A DNA stretch of 64,000 bases from Phycisphaerae bacterium (GTDB lineage: Bacteria > Planctomycetota > Phycisphaerae > SM23-33), in NCBI GenBank assembly GCA_018335035.1, contig JAGXKT010000007.1, forward strand, positions 10,110-74,109. The letters are read 5' to 3'. A program made the translations under genes and the position numbers. Positions 40,826-48,616 of this stretch are shown here, piece after piece (position 1 is the first letter of the stretch; each line of letters begins with the position of its first letter). The notes under the pieces were generated by a model, which saw only the letters and a list, made by a program, of their open reading frames with translations, searched no databases and had not been told where the DNA came from.

Positions 40826-40853
40826 TCCGAACTTCGAACTTCGAACTCCGACC
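40826..40853. repeat. Four tandem 7-nt units T(T/C)CGA(A/C)C immediately 3' of the E2 stop
   Basis: tccgaac ttcgaac ttcgaac tccgacc. Coordinates are anchored on the E2 stop codon (complement of 40853-40855) and are accurate to about 1 nt. Confidence 0.6.
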
Positions 40854-42850
40854 TAGTCTGTCAGTTCATCCGGCGCTTCGAGCAATTCCTTGATCCGCGC
40901 GAGGGTCTGTGCGGCCGCGACGCCGTCGACGATGCGATGATCGCAACTGAGCGTCAGGCCCATGACGCGCCCCGGGCGGATCGTCCCGTCGCGGACGACC
41001 GCGTCCTCGCGCAGCGCTCCGACGGCCAGGATCGCCGACTCCGGCGGGTTGATGATCGCGCCGAAGGTCTCGACGCCGAACATGCCGAGGTTGGTGACCG
41101 TCATCAGCCCATCGCCGACGCCTTCGAGCTTGCCGCCGCGTGCCGCCTCGACGACGCGTCGCGTCTCGCCGGCCAGTTGCTCTAAGCTCATCGTATCGGC
41201 CGAGCGGACCACCGGCACCAAAAGCCCCTCGTCCGTGCCGACGGCAATGCCGATATTCGCCGACGGATACTCGACCAGGGCGTCGCCCTCAAGTCGGCTG
41301 CGCAACTGGGGAAACTCCTGCATACATCGCACGGCCGCGCGGACGACGAAGTCATTGATCGTGCATTTGAACGCGCCGTCCGCCTTGATTTGCATATACG
41401 CCGCATACAGCGCGTCGGCGTCTACCGTGATCGTGGCGTAGAAGTGGGGGATCGTCTGCTTGCTCTTGAGCAGGGCGCCGCCGATTGCCTTGCGCATCTT
41501 GGTCAACTCGTGGCGGACGGGTTCGCCGCCCGCGACGGTCGTGCCGCTCGCGGCGGCCGCGGCGACGTCGTCGGTGACGATCCGCCCGCCGGGCCCGCTT
41601 CCGGTCCCCACGGACGCGAGGTCCACGCCGCGCTCGCGCGCCAGATTCCGCGCCGCCGGTGACGCCTTGACGCGTCCCCCGGCCGTCGTCTGCGCCGGTT
41701 GACCGCGCCTCGCGGTGGGCTTCGGCGCCGCGTGCGGCTGCGTCGCCGGGGCGGCAGGGGGCGCCTCGGGCTTGTGGGCTTCGAGATACGCCGCCACGGC
41801 CGCGTCGTCATCGGCGAGATAGGCCACGGGCTGCTTGACGGGAATCACGTCCCCTTCGGCCGCGACGATCTTCGCCAGGCGTCCGGCGTCGGTGGCTTCG
41901 ACCTCGACGGTCGCCTTGTCCGTCTCGACGTCAAAGATGATCTGCCCGGTGGTGATTGTGTCGCCCTCGGCGACGCGCCAAGCAACGATCGTGCCTTCCT
42001 CCATCGTGTTGCCCACTTGTGGCATCAGCACGGGCGTGACGTCGCCCGCGTCCGGCTCGCTCGCCCCCCCGGCGTCCGTCTGCGGCCCGGCGGGCGCGTC
42101 CTGCGCAGGTTCGGCGCCTTGCGCCTGCAGATACGCCGCCACGTCCGCATCGTCGTCGGCGAGATAGGCCACGGGCTGCTTGACGGGGATCAGGTCGCCC
42201 TCGGCCGCGACGATCTTCGCGAGGCGTCCGGCATCGGTCGCTTCGACCTCGACGGTCGCCTTGTCCGTCTCGACGTCAAAGATGATCTGCCCGGCGGCTA
42301 CCGTGTCGCCCTCGGCGACGCGCCAGGCGACGATCGTGCCTTCTTCCATCGTGTTGCCCACCTGGGGCATCAGCACGGGCGTGACGTTGGCGGCGTTGCC
42401 GCCCGACGCGTCGGCAGGCGAACCGCCGGAGGGGGGCGTTGCGTCGCTCGCCGGCTGCGAGGTCTGCTTCGGCGGATCGGCCTTGTCTTCGACGTTGGCC
42501 GCCTGCGGCTCTGCTGCCTCCGCGCCGGCGGGCGTGTCCGTCTTCGGCGCCGCCGGCGGGGTATTGCCGGCCAGTTCGTCGCGCAGCGCGGCGACGGCGT
42601 CGTCGATGTCGTCCTTTGCGCCGGCCACCACGGCCAGCGGTGCGCCGACCGGCAGGGCGGTGCCCTCAGGCGCGAGGATCGCGCGGAGCACACCCTTGCA
42701 GCCGGCCTGGAGGGTCACCTCGGCGTCGGCGGCGCGGAGCTCGGCGATCTGTTGGCTCTTCTCGAGCTTGTCGCCTTCCGCGACGTGCCACGTTTCGACG
42801 GTGACCTCGGTCATCGTCTTGTTGGCCTGGGGGACTCGCAGCGTATTCAT
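40853..42850 (-). CDS. Dihydrolipoamide acyltransferase (E2) with one degenerate and two canonical lipoyl domains
   Basis: Internal ATG 42850 (MNTLRVPQANKTMTEVTVETWHV..). Two lipoyl domains carry ETDKATVEVEA. Also has an E3-binding domain (ASPAARNLARERGVDL) and a catalytic domain with DHRIVDG. Confidence 0.92.
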   Translation of the reverse strand: MNTLRVPQANKTMTEVTVETWHVAEGDKLEKSQQIAELRAADAEVTLQAGCKGVLRAILAPEGTALPVGAPLAVVAGAKDDIDDAVAALRDELAGNTPPAAPKTDTPAGAEAAEPQAANVEDKADPPKQTSQPASDATPPSGGSPADASGGNAANVTPVLMPQVGNTMEEGTIVAWRVAEGDTVAAGQIIFDVETDKATVEVEATDAGRLAKIVAAEGDLIPVKQPVAYLADDDADVAAYLQAQGAEPAQDAPAGPQTDAGGASEPDAGDVTPVLMPQVGNTMEEGTIVAWRVAEGDTITTGQIIFDVETDKATVEVEATDAGRLAKIVAAEGDVIPVKQPVAYLADDDAAVAAYLEAHKPEAPPAAPATQPHAAPKPTARRGQPAQTTAGGRVKASPAARNLARERGVDLASVGTGSGPGGRIVTDDVAAAAASGTTVAGGEPVRHELTKMRKAIGGALLKSKQTIPHFYATITVDADALYAAYMQIKADGAFKCTINDFVVRAAVRCMQEFPQLRSRLEGDALVEYPSANIGIAVGTDEGLLVPVVRSADTMSLEQLAGETRRVVEAARGGKLEGVGDGLMTVTNLGMFGVETFGAIINPPESAILAVGALREDAVVRDGTIRPGRVMGLTLSCDHRIVDGVAAAQTLARIKELLEAPDELTD
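41777..42385. repeat. Intragenic near-identical direct repeat (two copies of about 264 nt, period 345 nt) encoding lipoyl domains 2 and 3
   Basis: Both copies start VTPVLMPQVGNTMEEGTIVAWRVAEGDT.. (codons ending at 42385 and 42040). Protein-level differences are limited to a few residues (TVAAG/TITTG, DLIP/DVIP). Confidence 0.85.
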
Positions 42851-42955
42851 GGGCTCATGGACCTCCGGGGCTGGTTCGTTCCGGGGTGTATGTACCGCAT
42901 GCCGACGGCGGGGGCAAGACGCCGAGCGCGGCGGACCGGGGCGGCGTCCGGGCAA

Positions 42956-43171
42956 GGCACGACGGGATCGGTGCCGGGGGCACGAGCCCCATTATTGCAC
43001 AAAAAGAGTATAAAACAATCAAAAAATGAACAACCAGACACCCGATTGTGTTTATAATCATCATAATAGTACGCAGAGCAACGCTGTTGGCGCCTTTTTG
43101 ATGAAAAAGCGACAATTTTCTTGAACTGGAGTACCGACCGTGTTCTACTGCAACCTGGCAGGATAGGCGAG
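42956..43171. promoter_or_regulatory. AT-rich divergent control region between E2 (minus) and deoR (plus)
   Basis: This is the most AT-rich stretch in the window (..aaaaagagtataaaacaatcaaaaaatgaac..tttataatcatcataatag..). It holds an inverted repeat CGCCTTTTT-gatg-AAAAAGCG (43091-43111) just upstream of TTGAAC (43121-43126)-N17-TCTACT. Confidence 0.4.
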
Positions 43172-43987
43172 ATGACCCCCCAAGCCCGACAGCGACGTGA
43201 GGCGATCCTTGCGCACGTACAGGAACGTGGGCATGCGACCGTTCGCGCCCTCGCCGAGGAATGCGGGGTCTCGGCGGCGACAATTCGCCGCGATTTGCGC
43301 GCCCTGGCCGAGGAGGGCTTGCTGGAGGTCACCCACGGCGGCGCGCGAATCCGCCGGTCGACGGATTACTCGTTCTACTCGAAGAATCTGCGCAACCCGG
43401 AGGCGAAGGAGACCATCGCGCGTCTGGCGGCCGGGTGCGTCGCCGATGGCGACCAGGTATTCCTGGGCTCGGGCACCACGAGCTATCGTCTCGGCGCGCG
43501 GCTCAAGGGGCGGCGTGACGTGTCGGTGATCGTCAACTCGGTGCGCGTTGCCGGCGAGTTGGACGCCCCGGGCGTGTCGGTGCTGATGCTCGGCGGGCAG
43601 TATCGTTGTGGGCGGATGGACATGGTCGGACCGCTGGCGCTGACGGCGATGGAGCAGTTTCGCGGCTACATCGCGTTCGTCGGCACCGACGGGCTGGGGC
43701 GCGACTTCGGCGTCACGGCCAGCGACGTGGAAAGCGCGCACCTGTATCGTCAGGCGGTCAAGAACGCGCGTGAGTCCATCGTCATCGCCGACAGCAGCAA
43801 GTTTGCCGCGCCGTCGCTGTATCGCATTGTCGAGTGGGACGCGATCAGCCGGGTCGTCACCGATCAGGAGCCCGACGCGCAGTGGCGGGAGATCTTCCAG
43901 CGGCATGACATCGAGGTCATTTGTCCGGAAACGGTATCAGGCGAGGGAGCCAGCGGGCGGCAGGAGGAGGCAGGCGTATCAACATGA
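43172..43987 (+). CDS. DeoR family transcriptional regulator
   Basis: Internal ATG gives MTPQARQRREAILAHVQERGHATVRALAEECGVSAATIRRDLRALAEEGLL (wHTH). It has a C-terminal DeoR-C sugar-phosphate-binding-like domain. Confidence 0.9.
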   Translation: MTPQARQRREAILAHVQERGHATVRALAEECGVSAATIRRDLRALAEEGLLEVTHGGARIRRSTDYSFYSKNLRNPEAKETIARLAAGCVADGDQVFLGSGTTSYRLGARLKGRRDVSVIVNSVRVAGELDAPGVSVLMLGGQYRCGRMDMVGPLALTAMEQFRGYIAFVGTDGLGRDFGVTASDVESAHLYRQAVKNARESIVIADSSKFAAPSLYRIVEWDAISRVVTDQEPDAQWREIFQRHDIEVICPETVSGEGASGRQEEAGVST

Positions 43988-44031
43988 CCTGACGGGAGGC
44001 GGCGGACGGCGCCTCCAACAGAGCGACAACG

Positions 44032-44445
44032 ATGAGCTTTCGAGAACTGCGACGGGCCGTAAGGGACAGCGTGGAGCGAATCCTCCGCGTGATTGACGGC
44101 ACCGGTTGCCGGTTCACCTCGAACGCTCGGCGCGAAATTGGACGCCAGATCCGGAGGTACGTCATGGGCGCGATCCGCGAGAGTCAGAAGCAAGGCCGCG
44201 ACGGGGTCGTGACCGTCGACGACGTGCAGTACGCCCTGATGGGCATGCAGCGCGGAACAAGACGCCGCCGCAGCTTGCTGTGGACGCTGGTCGGCCAGGT
44301 CGGCAGCGCGCTGCTGGCCGTGGCGGTGACGTGTACCGTGACGATGTTGACAACGAGCTATTTTAGAGCTGCGCACGCGGCGCTGTCCGTGGCGATGGGC
44401 GTTGTGGGCGTGGCGATGATTGCCATCAGTTGGAGCAGGAGCTAA
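44032..44445 (+). CDS. Hypothetical membrane protein with an N-terminal histone-fold-like domain, a basic linker and two C-terminal TM helices
   Basis: 137 aa. RFTSNARREIGRQIRRYVMGAIRESQKQGRDGVVTVDDVQYALMGM aligns by eye with archaeal HMf-type histones (RVSDDAR..alpha2..GRKTIKAEDIELA). RRRR is followed by LLWTLVGQVGSALLAVAVTCTV and LSVAMGVVGVAMIAISW. The stop lies 3 nt before the E1 start. Confidence 0.45.
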   Translation: MSFRELRRAVRDSVERILRVIDGTGCRFTSNARREIGRQIRRYVMGAIRESQKQGRDGVVTVDDVQYALMGMQRGTRRRRSLLWTLVGQVGSALLAVAVTCTVTMLTTSYFRAAHAALSVAMGVVGVAMIAISWSRS

Positions 44446-44448
44446 CCG

Positions 44449-46920
44449 ATGCCGAAGTCGCAGACGATCGTTCCGGAAGAGGTTCGCAAGCCGAGCGAGA
44501 TCACGTTCAAGCCGATTCCGGTCAACCAGTACGACCGCCCGCTGTCCGACGAGCTCGAGCGCCACGGCGCTGAGGCCCTCGTCCGCATGCAGCGGGACAT
44601 GCTGGTCATCCGCACGTTCGAGACCATGCTCAACGAGATCAAGCTCCGCGGGGCCTACGCGGGCATCGAGTACGTCCACAAGGGCCCGGCTCACCTGTCG
44701 ATCGGGCAGGAGGCCGCCGCCGTCGGGCAGGCCTTTCACCTCGGCGTCGAGGATCACATCTTCGGCAGCCACCGCAGCCACGGCGAAATCCTCGCCAAGG
44801 GGCTCTCGGCCATCGAGAAGCTCGACGAGGAGGCGCTGCGCGGCCTCATGGAAAGCTACTTCGAGGGGGCGACGCTGCGGATCGTCGAGCCGGACGCCGA
44901 CGGGTCGATCAAGGACCTGGCGATGGACTTCCTGCTGTACGGTGCCCTGGCGGAAATCTTCGGCCGGGAGCCGGGTTTCAACAAGGGCCTCGGCGGGTCG
45001 ATGCACGCGTTCTTCCCGCCGTTCGGCGTTTTTCCAAATAACGCCATCGTCGGCGGCTCGGGTGACATCTCCGTCGGCGCGGCGCTATTCAAGCAGGTCA
45101 ATCACAAGCCCGGCATCGTCATCGGCAACATCGGCGACGCCTCCAGCTCCTGCGGGCCGGTGTGGGAGGGCATCTGCCTGGCCGCGATGGACCAGTATAA
45201 GAAGCTCTGGGACGATGAGCACGGCGGCGGGCTGCCGCTGATTCTCAATTTCGTCAACAACTTCTACGGCATGGGCGGACAGCCCTGCGGCGAGACGATG
45301 GGTTTCGGCGTCCTCGCCCGCCTCGGCGCCGGCATCAACCCGGAGCAGATGCACGCCGAGCGCGTCGACGGGTACAACCCGCTGGCCGTCGCCGACGCCA
45401 TCGAACGCAAGAAGCAGACCATCGCCGAAGGCGGCGGGCCGATCCTGCTGGACACGATCACCTACCGTTACAGCGGTCATTCGCCGTCGGACGCCTCGGC
45501 CTACCGCGAGAAGGACGAGATCGACGCCTGGCAGCAACACGACCCGACCCGCGCGTTCGCCGACGCGCTGGTCGAGGCCGGGGCGTGCTCGGCCGGCGAC
45601 ATCGAGCAGATGACCGCCGAGGCCGAGGCACTGGTCGCCAAGGCGCTGAAAAAGGCGGCCGATGCGTCTGTCTCGCCGCGCGCGGCGTTGAAGTCCGCCG
45701 GCTGTCTGATCGAGCAGGTGATGTATTCCGACGAGCAGGTCGAGTCGTTCGATCCGCAGCGCGAGCCCGAGGTGCTGATGCCGAAGGAAGACAACCCGCG
45801 CCTCAAGATGCTGGCCAAGCGCAGCCGGGGCGGCTATGACGCTGACGGGCAACCGTTGAAGAAAACCCAGTGCATCGGAATCCGCGACGCGCTGTTCGAA
45901 GCGATCCTCGACCGCTTCTACGAGGATTCCACGCTGGTGGCCTACGGCGAGGAGAACCGCGACTGGGGCGGGGCGTTTGCCGTCTATCGCGGGCTGACCG
46001 AGGCGCTGCCGTATCATCGGCTGTTCAACGCGCCGATCGCCGAGGGCGCGATCGCCGGATCGGCGGTCGGATACGCCCTGGAGGGCGGCCGGGCGCTGGT
46101 CGAGCTGATGTACTGCGACTTCCTCGGCCGGGCGGGCGACGAAGTGTTCAACCAGATGAGCAAGTGGCAGTCGATGTCCGGCGGGCTGTTGAAGATGCCC
46201 GTAACGCTGCGTGTGTCCGTCGGCAACAAGTACGGCGCCCAGCACAGCCAGGATTGGACGTCACTGTGCGCCCACGTTCCGGGGCTGAAGGTGGCCTTCC
46301 CCGCCACGCCCTACGACGCCAAGGGGCTGATGTACGCCTCGCTTCTGGGGACCGACCCGGTGGTGTTCTTCGAGAGCCAGCGGATTTACGACCAGCCGGA
46401 GCTGTTTGTCGACGGCGGCGTGCCCGAAGGCCGCTATACCGTGGACTTCGGGGAGCCGGCGCGGCGCACCGAAGGGGCGGACCTGACCATCCTGACCGTC
46501 GGCGCGACACTGTACCGCGCGCTGGATGCCGCGCAGCAGTTGCAGGAGATGTACGGCGTTTCCTGCGAGATATGGGACGCCCGCAGCATCGTCCCGTTCA
46601 ACTACGAACCGATTCTCGAGTCCGTCGCCAAGACGCACAAGATTCTGCTGGCTTCGGACGCCTGCGCGCGGGGCAGCTTCCTCCAGACGGCCGCGGCGAC
46701 GATCACGCAACTCGGCTTCGACGAGCTGGACGCCCCGCCCGTCGTGCTCGGCGCCCGCAACTGGATCACGCCCGCCGACGAGGTCGAAGACGCATTCTTC
46801 CCCTACCCCGGCGACTTCCTGGACACCGTCCACGAGCACCTCGTGCCGCTGGACGGCTACTCCGTGCAGCGCCCGTGCTCGCGCGACGAGCTGCTGCGGC
46901 GAAACCGACTGGGGATATAG
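44449..46920 (+). CDS. 2-oxoacid dehydrogenase E1 component, fused alpha-beta subunits (ThDP-dependent)
   Basis: 823 aa. The N-terminal half is E1-alpha-like ([15 protein letters not shown], ThDP motif [27 protein letters not shown]). The C-terminal half is E1-beta/transketolase-like ([29 protein letters not shown]). Confidence 0.9.
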   Translation: MPKSQTIVPEEVRKPSEITFKPIPVNQYDRPLSDELERHGAEALVRMQRDMLVIRTFETMLNEIKLRGAYAGIEYVHKGPAHLSIGQEAAAVGQAFHLGVEDHIFGSHRSHGEILAKGLSAIEKLDEEALRGLMESYFEGATLRIVEPDADGSIKDLAMDFLLYGALAEIFGREPGFNKGLGGSMHAFFPPFGVFPNNAIVGGSGDISVGAALFKQVNHKPGIVIGNIGDASSSCGPVWEGICLAAMDQYKKLWDDEHGGGLPLILNFVNNFYGMGGQPCGETMGFGVLARLGAGINPEQMHAERVDGYNPLAVADAIERKKQTIAEGGGPILLDTITYRYSGHSPSDASAYREKDEIDAWQQHDPTRAFADALVEAGACSAGDIEQMTAEAEALVAKALKKAADASVSPRAALKSAGCLIEQVMYSDEQVESFDPQREPEVLMPKEDNPRLKMLAKRSRGGYDADGQPLKKTQCIGIRDALFEAILDRFYEDSTLVAYGEENRDWGGAFAVYRGLTEALPYHRLFNAPIAEGAIAGSAVGYALEGGRALVELMYCDFLGRAGDEVFNQMSKWQSMSGGLLKMPVTLRVSVGNKYGAQHSQDWTSLCAHVPGLKVAFPATPYDAKGLMYASLLGTDPVVFFESQRIYDQPELFVDGGVPEGRYTVDFGEPARRTEGADLTILTVGATLYRALDAAQQLQEMYGVSCEIWDARSIVPFNYEPILESVAKTHKILLASDACARGSFLQTAAATITQLGFDELDAPPVVLGARNWITPADEVEDAFFPYPGDFLDTVHEHLVPLDGYSVQRPCSRDELLRRNRLGI

Positions 46921-47022
46921 TCGCCGGTGGTTGCCTGCGTTGTGGCACGGGCGTCTCGCCCATGGCGCCCGGCGGAGCGGGCCTGCAGACGGATGATGCT
47001 CGTAGCGGGACCTTCGAATGTC

Positions 47023-47613
47023 CTACGACAGGATGCCGTGGTCGAGGCCGTGGACGAGGGCGGTCTTGACGCCGATCGCGATCAGGACGAGGCCGCCGAG
47101 GACCTCTGCCGTCCGTCCGAAGCGTCTGCCCAGGCGGCTGCCGAACTTGGTGCCCACGAAGCTCATGCCCCCGGCGACCAGCCCGATGATGAACGCCGGC
47201 AGCCAGATGGATACGCCCATGATGGCCATGCTCAGCCCGGCGGCCAGCGCATCGATGCTCGTAGCCAGGGCGAGGGTGAGCAACACCAGGCCGCGCGTGG
47301 GGTCGCACTGGTCCTCGGCCAGTTCGTTTTCCCTGCTTGTTGGGCGCAGGGCCTCGTAGACCATCTTCCCGCCGATGTAGCCCAGCAGGCCCAGCACGAG
47401 CCAGTGGTCGAATGCGGCGATGGCTCCGGCGACGGCCAGCCCGGCCAACCAGCCCACGATTGGCATGAGACACTGGAAGAGCCCGAAGTGCCACGCGATG
47501 CGGAAGACGTGCCGGCCGGTCACGTGCTCAACGGCTAGACCCGTCGCGATGGCGACGGCGAAGGCGTCCATCGCCAGGCCGAACGCGACCCCAACGATCT
47601 CGGCGAAGTTCAT
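47023..47613 (-). CDS. mntP: Manganese efflux pump MntP
   Basis: Internal ATG gives MNFAEIVGVAFGLAMDAFAVAIATG. A second DUF204 repeat shows ALATSIDALAAG. Six TM segments. Confidence 0.88.
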   Translation of the reverse strand: MNFAEIVGVAFGLAMDAFAVAIATGLAVEHVTGRHVFRIAWHFGLFQCLMPIVGWLAGLAVAGAIAAFDHWLVLGLLGYIGGKMVYEALRPTSRENELAEDQCDPTRGLVLLTLALATSIDALAAGLSMAIMGVSIWLPAFIIGLVAGGMSFVGTKFGSRLGRRFGRTAEVLGGLVLIAIGVKTALVHGLDHGILS

Positions 47614-47767
47614 AGTTTGCGAAGGCGGCTGCTGACGTGCGGCGCAGAGGCAACTCCCCGCGTTGCTCCTGCGTCGCTCGTGGGCGCACAACGCCTTATG
47701 CAACGGCTTCGTCGGACAATGTCAAGCGAAAGCCGCTTCCGTCGTCTGGGCGAATGCGGCGGCGCGC

Positions 47768-48616
47768 TTACGCCCCGAGTGTGGCGATTCGGCGCGACGC
47801 GGCGACGGCACCGGCCGCGTCGAGCGGCTCGGTCGTGGCGAATTCCACGATCCGGCCGTTGGGATGCTCGCTCGTCAGCGTCACGCCGCGCTCGCCGATC
47901 GGCTCGATGCCGGAGGTCACGTGCAGGTGCCCGAAGAGGATGAGCTTGGCGCCGAGGGCGTCGGCGAGGGCTTCGATGCTTTCGGGTGTCTGCCCGCGGC
48001 CCCAGGTCCAGTTGTAGACTGCGCCGCCGCGTGCGAAGTCGACCGGGCGGTAAGGGCGTTGCAGCACGTCGGTGTCGGGTTCCTCGCCGGTTGAGATCTT
48101 CGGCAGCGAGTGGGTGATCCAGACGTCGTTGTCGCACCGGACGGCTAGGGGCAGCGAGCGAAGCAGCAGATGGACCGCGTCGAGCACGTCGCCGGCGTCG
48201 TCACCGAAGGCATGCCGCACCCCGGCTTCAAAGGCCGCGCACAGCCGCCCGCCGAACTTGACCAGCTCGTTGCCGGTGACCTGCGCGACATCGTGGTTGC
48301 CGAGGAGGCAGACGACCTGTTCCGGACGGGTGGCCAGGAGGCGCGCGGCGCGCAGCAGCGCGTCGATGCTGTTCTCCCGGCCGGTTCGGGGGTCGACTTT
48401 GCCGTGGAGGACTTCCTGCAGGATCAGGCGCCGGTCGGGTCGTGCGGCGAGATCGGCGTGGGCGAGGATCGCCGCGAGGTGCCGCAGGTTGCCGTGGATG
48501 TCGCCGGCGACGACGACGTTCAGTTTGCCGGTCAGGTGTACGACATTGCCCTCGCGCCGTGGGTCGTCGCGGCAGGCGCGGGCGGCGGCGCGGAATGTCT
48601 CGGCCGCGGCGTTCAC
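47768..48616 (-). CDS. PPP-family metallophosphoesterase (Ser/Thr phosphatase-like)
   Basis: Shows VVVAGDIHGN, LGNHD and ITHSLP. The proposed GTG start at 48616 overlaps the kinase TGA (GTGA). The track ORF start (48730) would overlap the kinase by 118 nt. Confidence 0.75.
   Translation of the reverse strand: MNAAAETFRAAARACRDDPRREGNVVHLTGKLNVVVAGDIHGNLRHLAAILAHADLAARPDRRLILQEVLHGKVDPRTGRENSIDALLRAARLLATRPEQVVCLLGNHDVAQVTGNELVKFGGRLCAAFEAGVRHAFGDDAGDVLDAVHLLLRSLPLAVRCDNDVWITHSLPKISTGEEPDTDVLQRPYRPVDFARGGAVYNWTWGRGQTPESIEALADALGAKLILFGHLHVTSGIEPIGERGVTLTSEHPNGRIVEFATTEPLDAAGAVAASRRIATLGA

Noticed and set aside
43864-46245. Minus-strand ORFs 43864..45006 and 45085..46245
   Set aside because: They are antisense to deoR, the histone-fold gene and E1. 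They have low-complexity Arg/Leu/Asp/Gly composition and no motifs.
47697-47725. Sigma70-type promoter for mntP (TTGACA-N17-TGCATA on the minus strand)
   Set aside because: The -35 box is perfect, but the -10 candidate matches TATAAT poorly at any reasonable spacing. I did not list it as a feature and mention it only in the leader finding.
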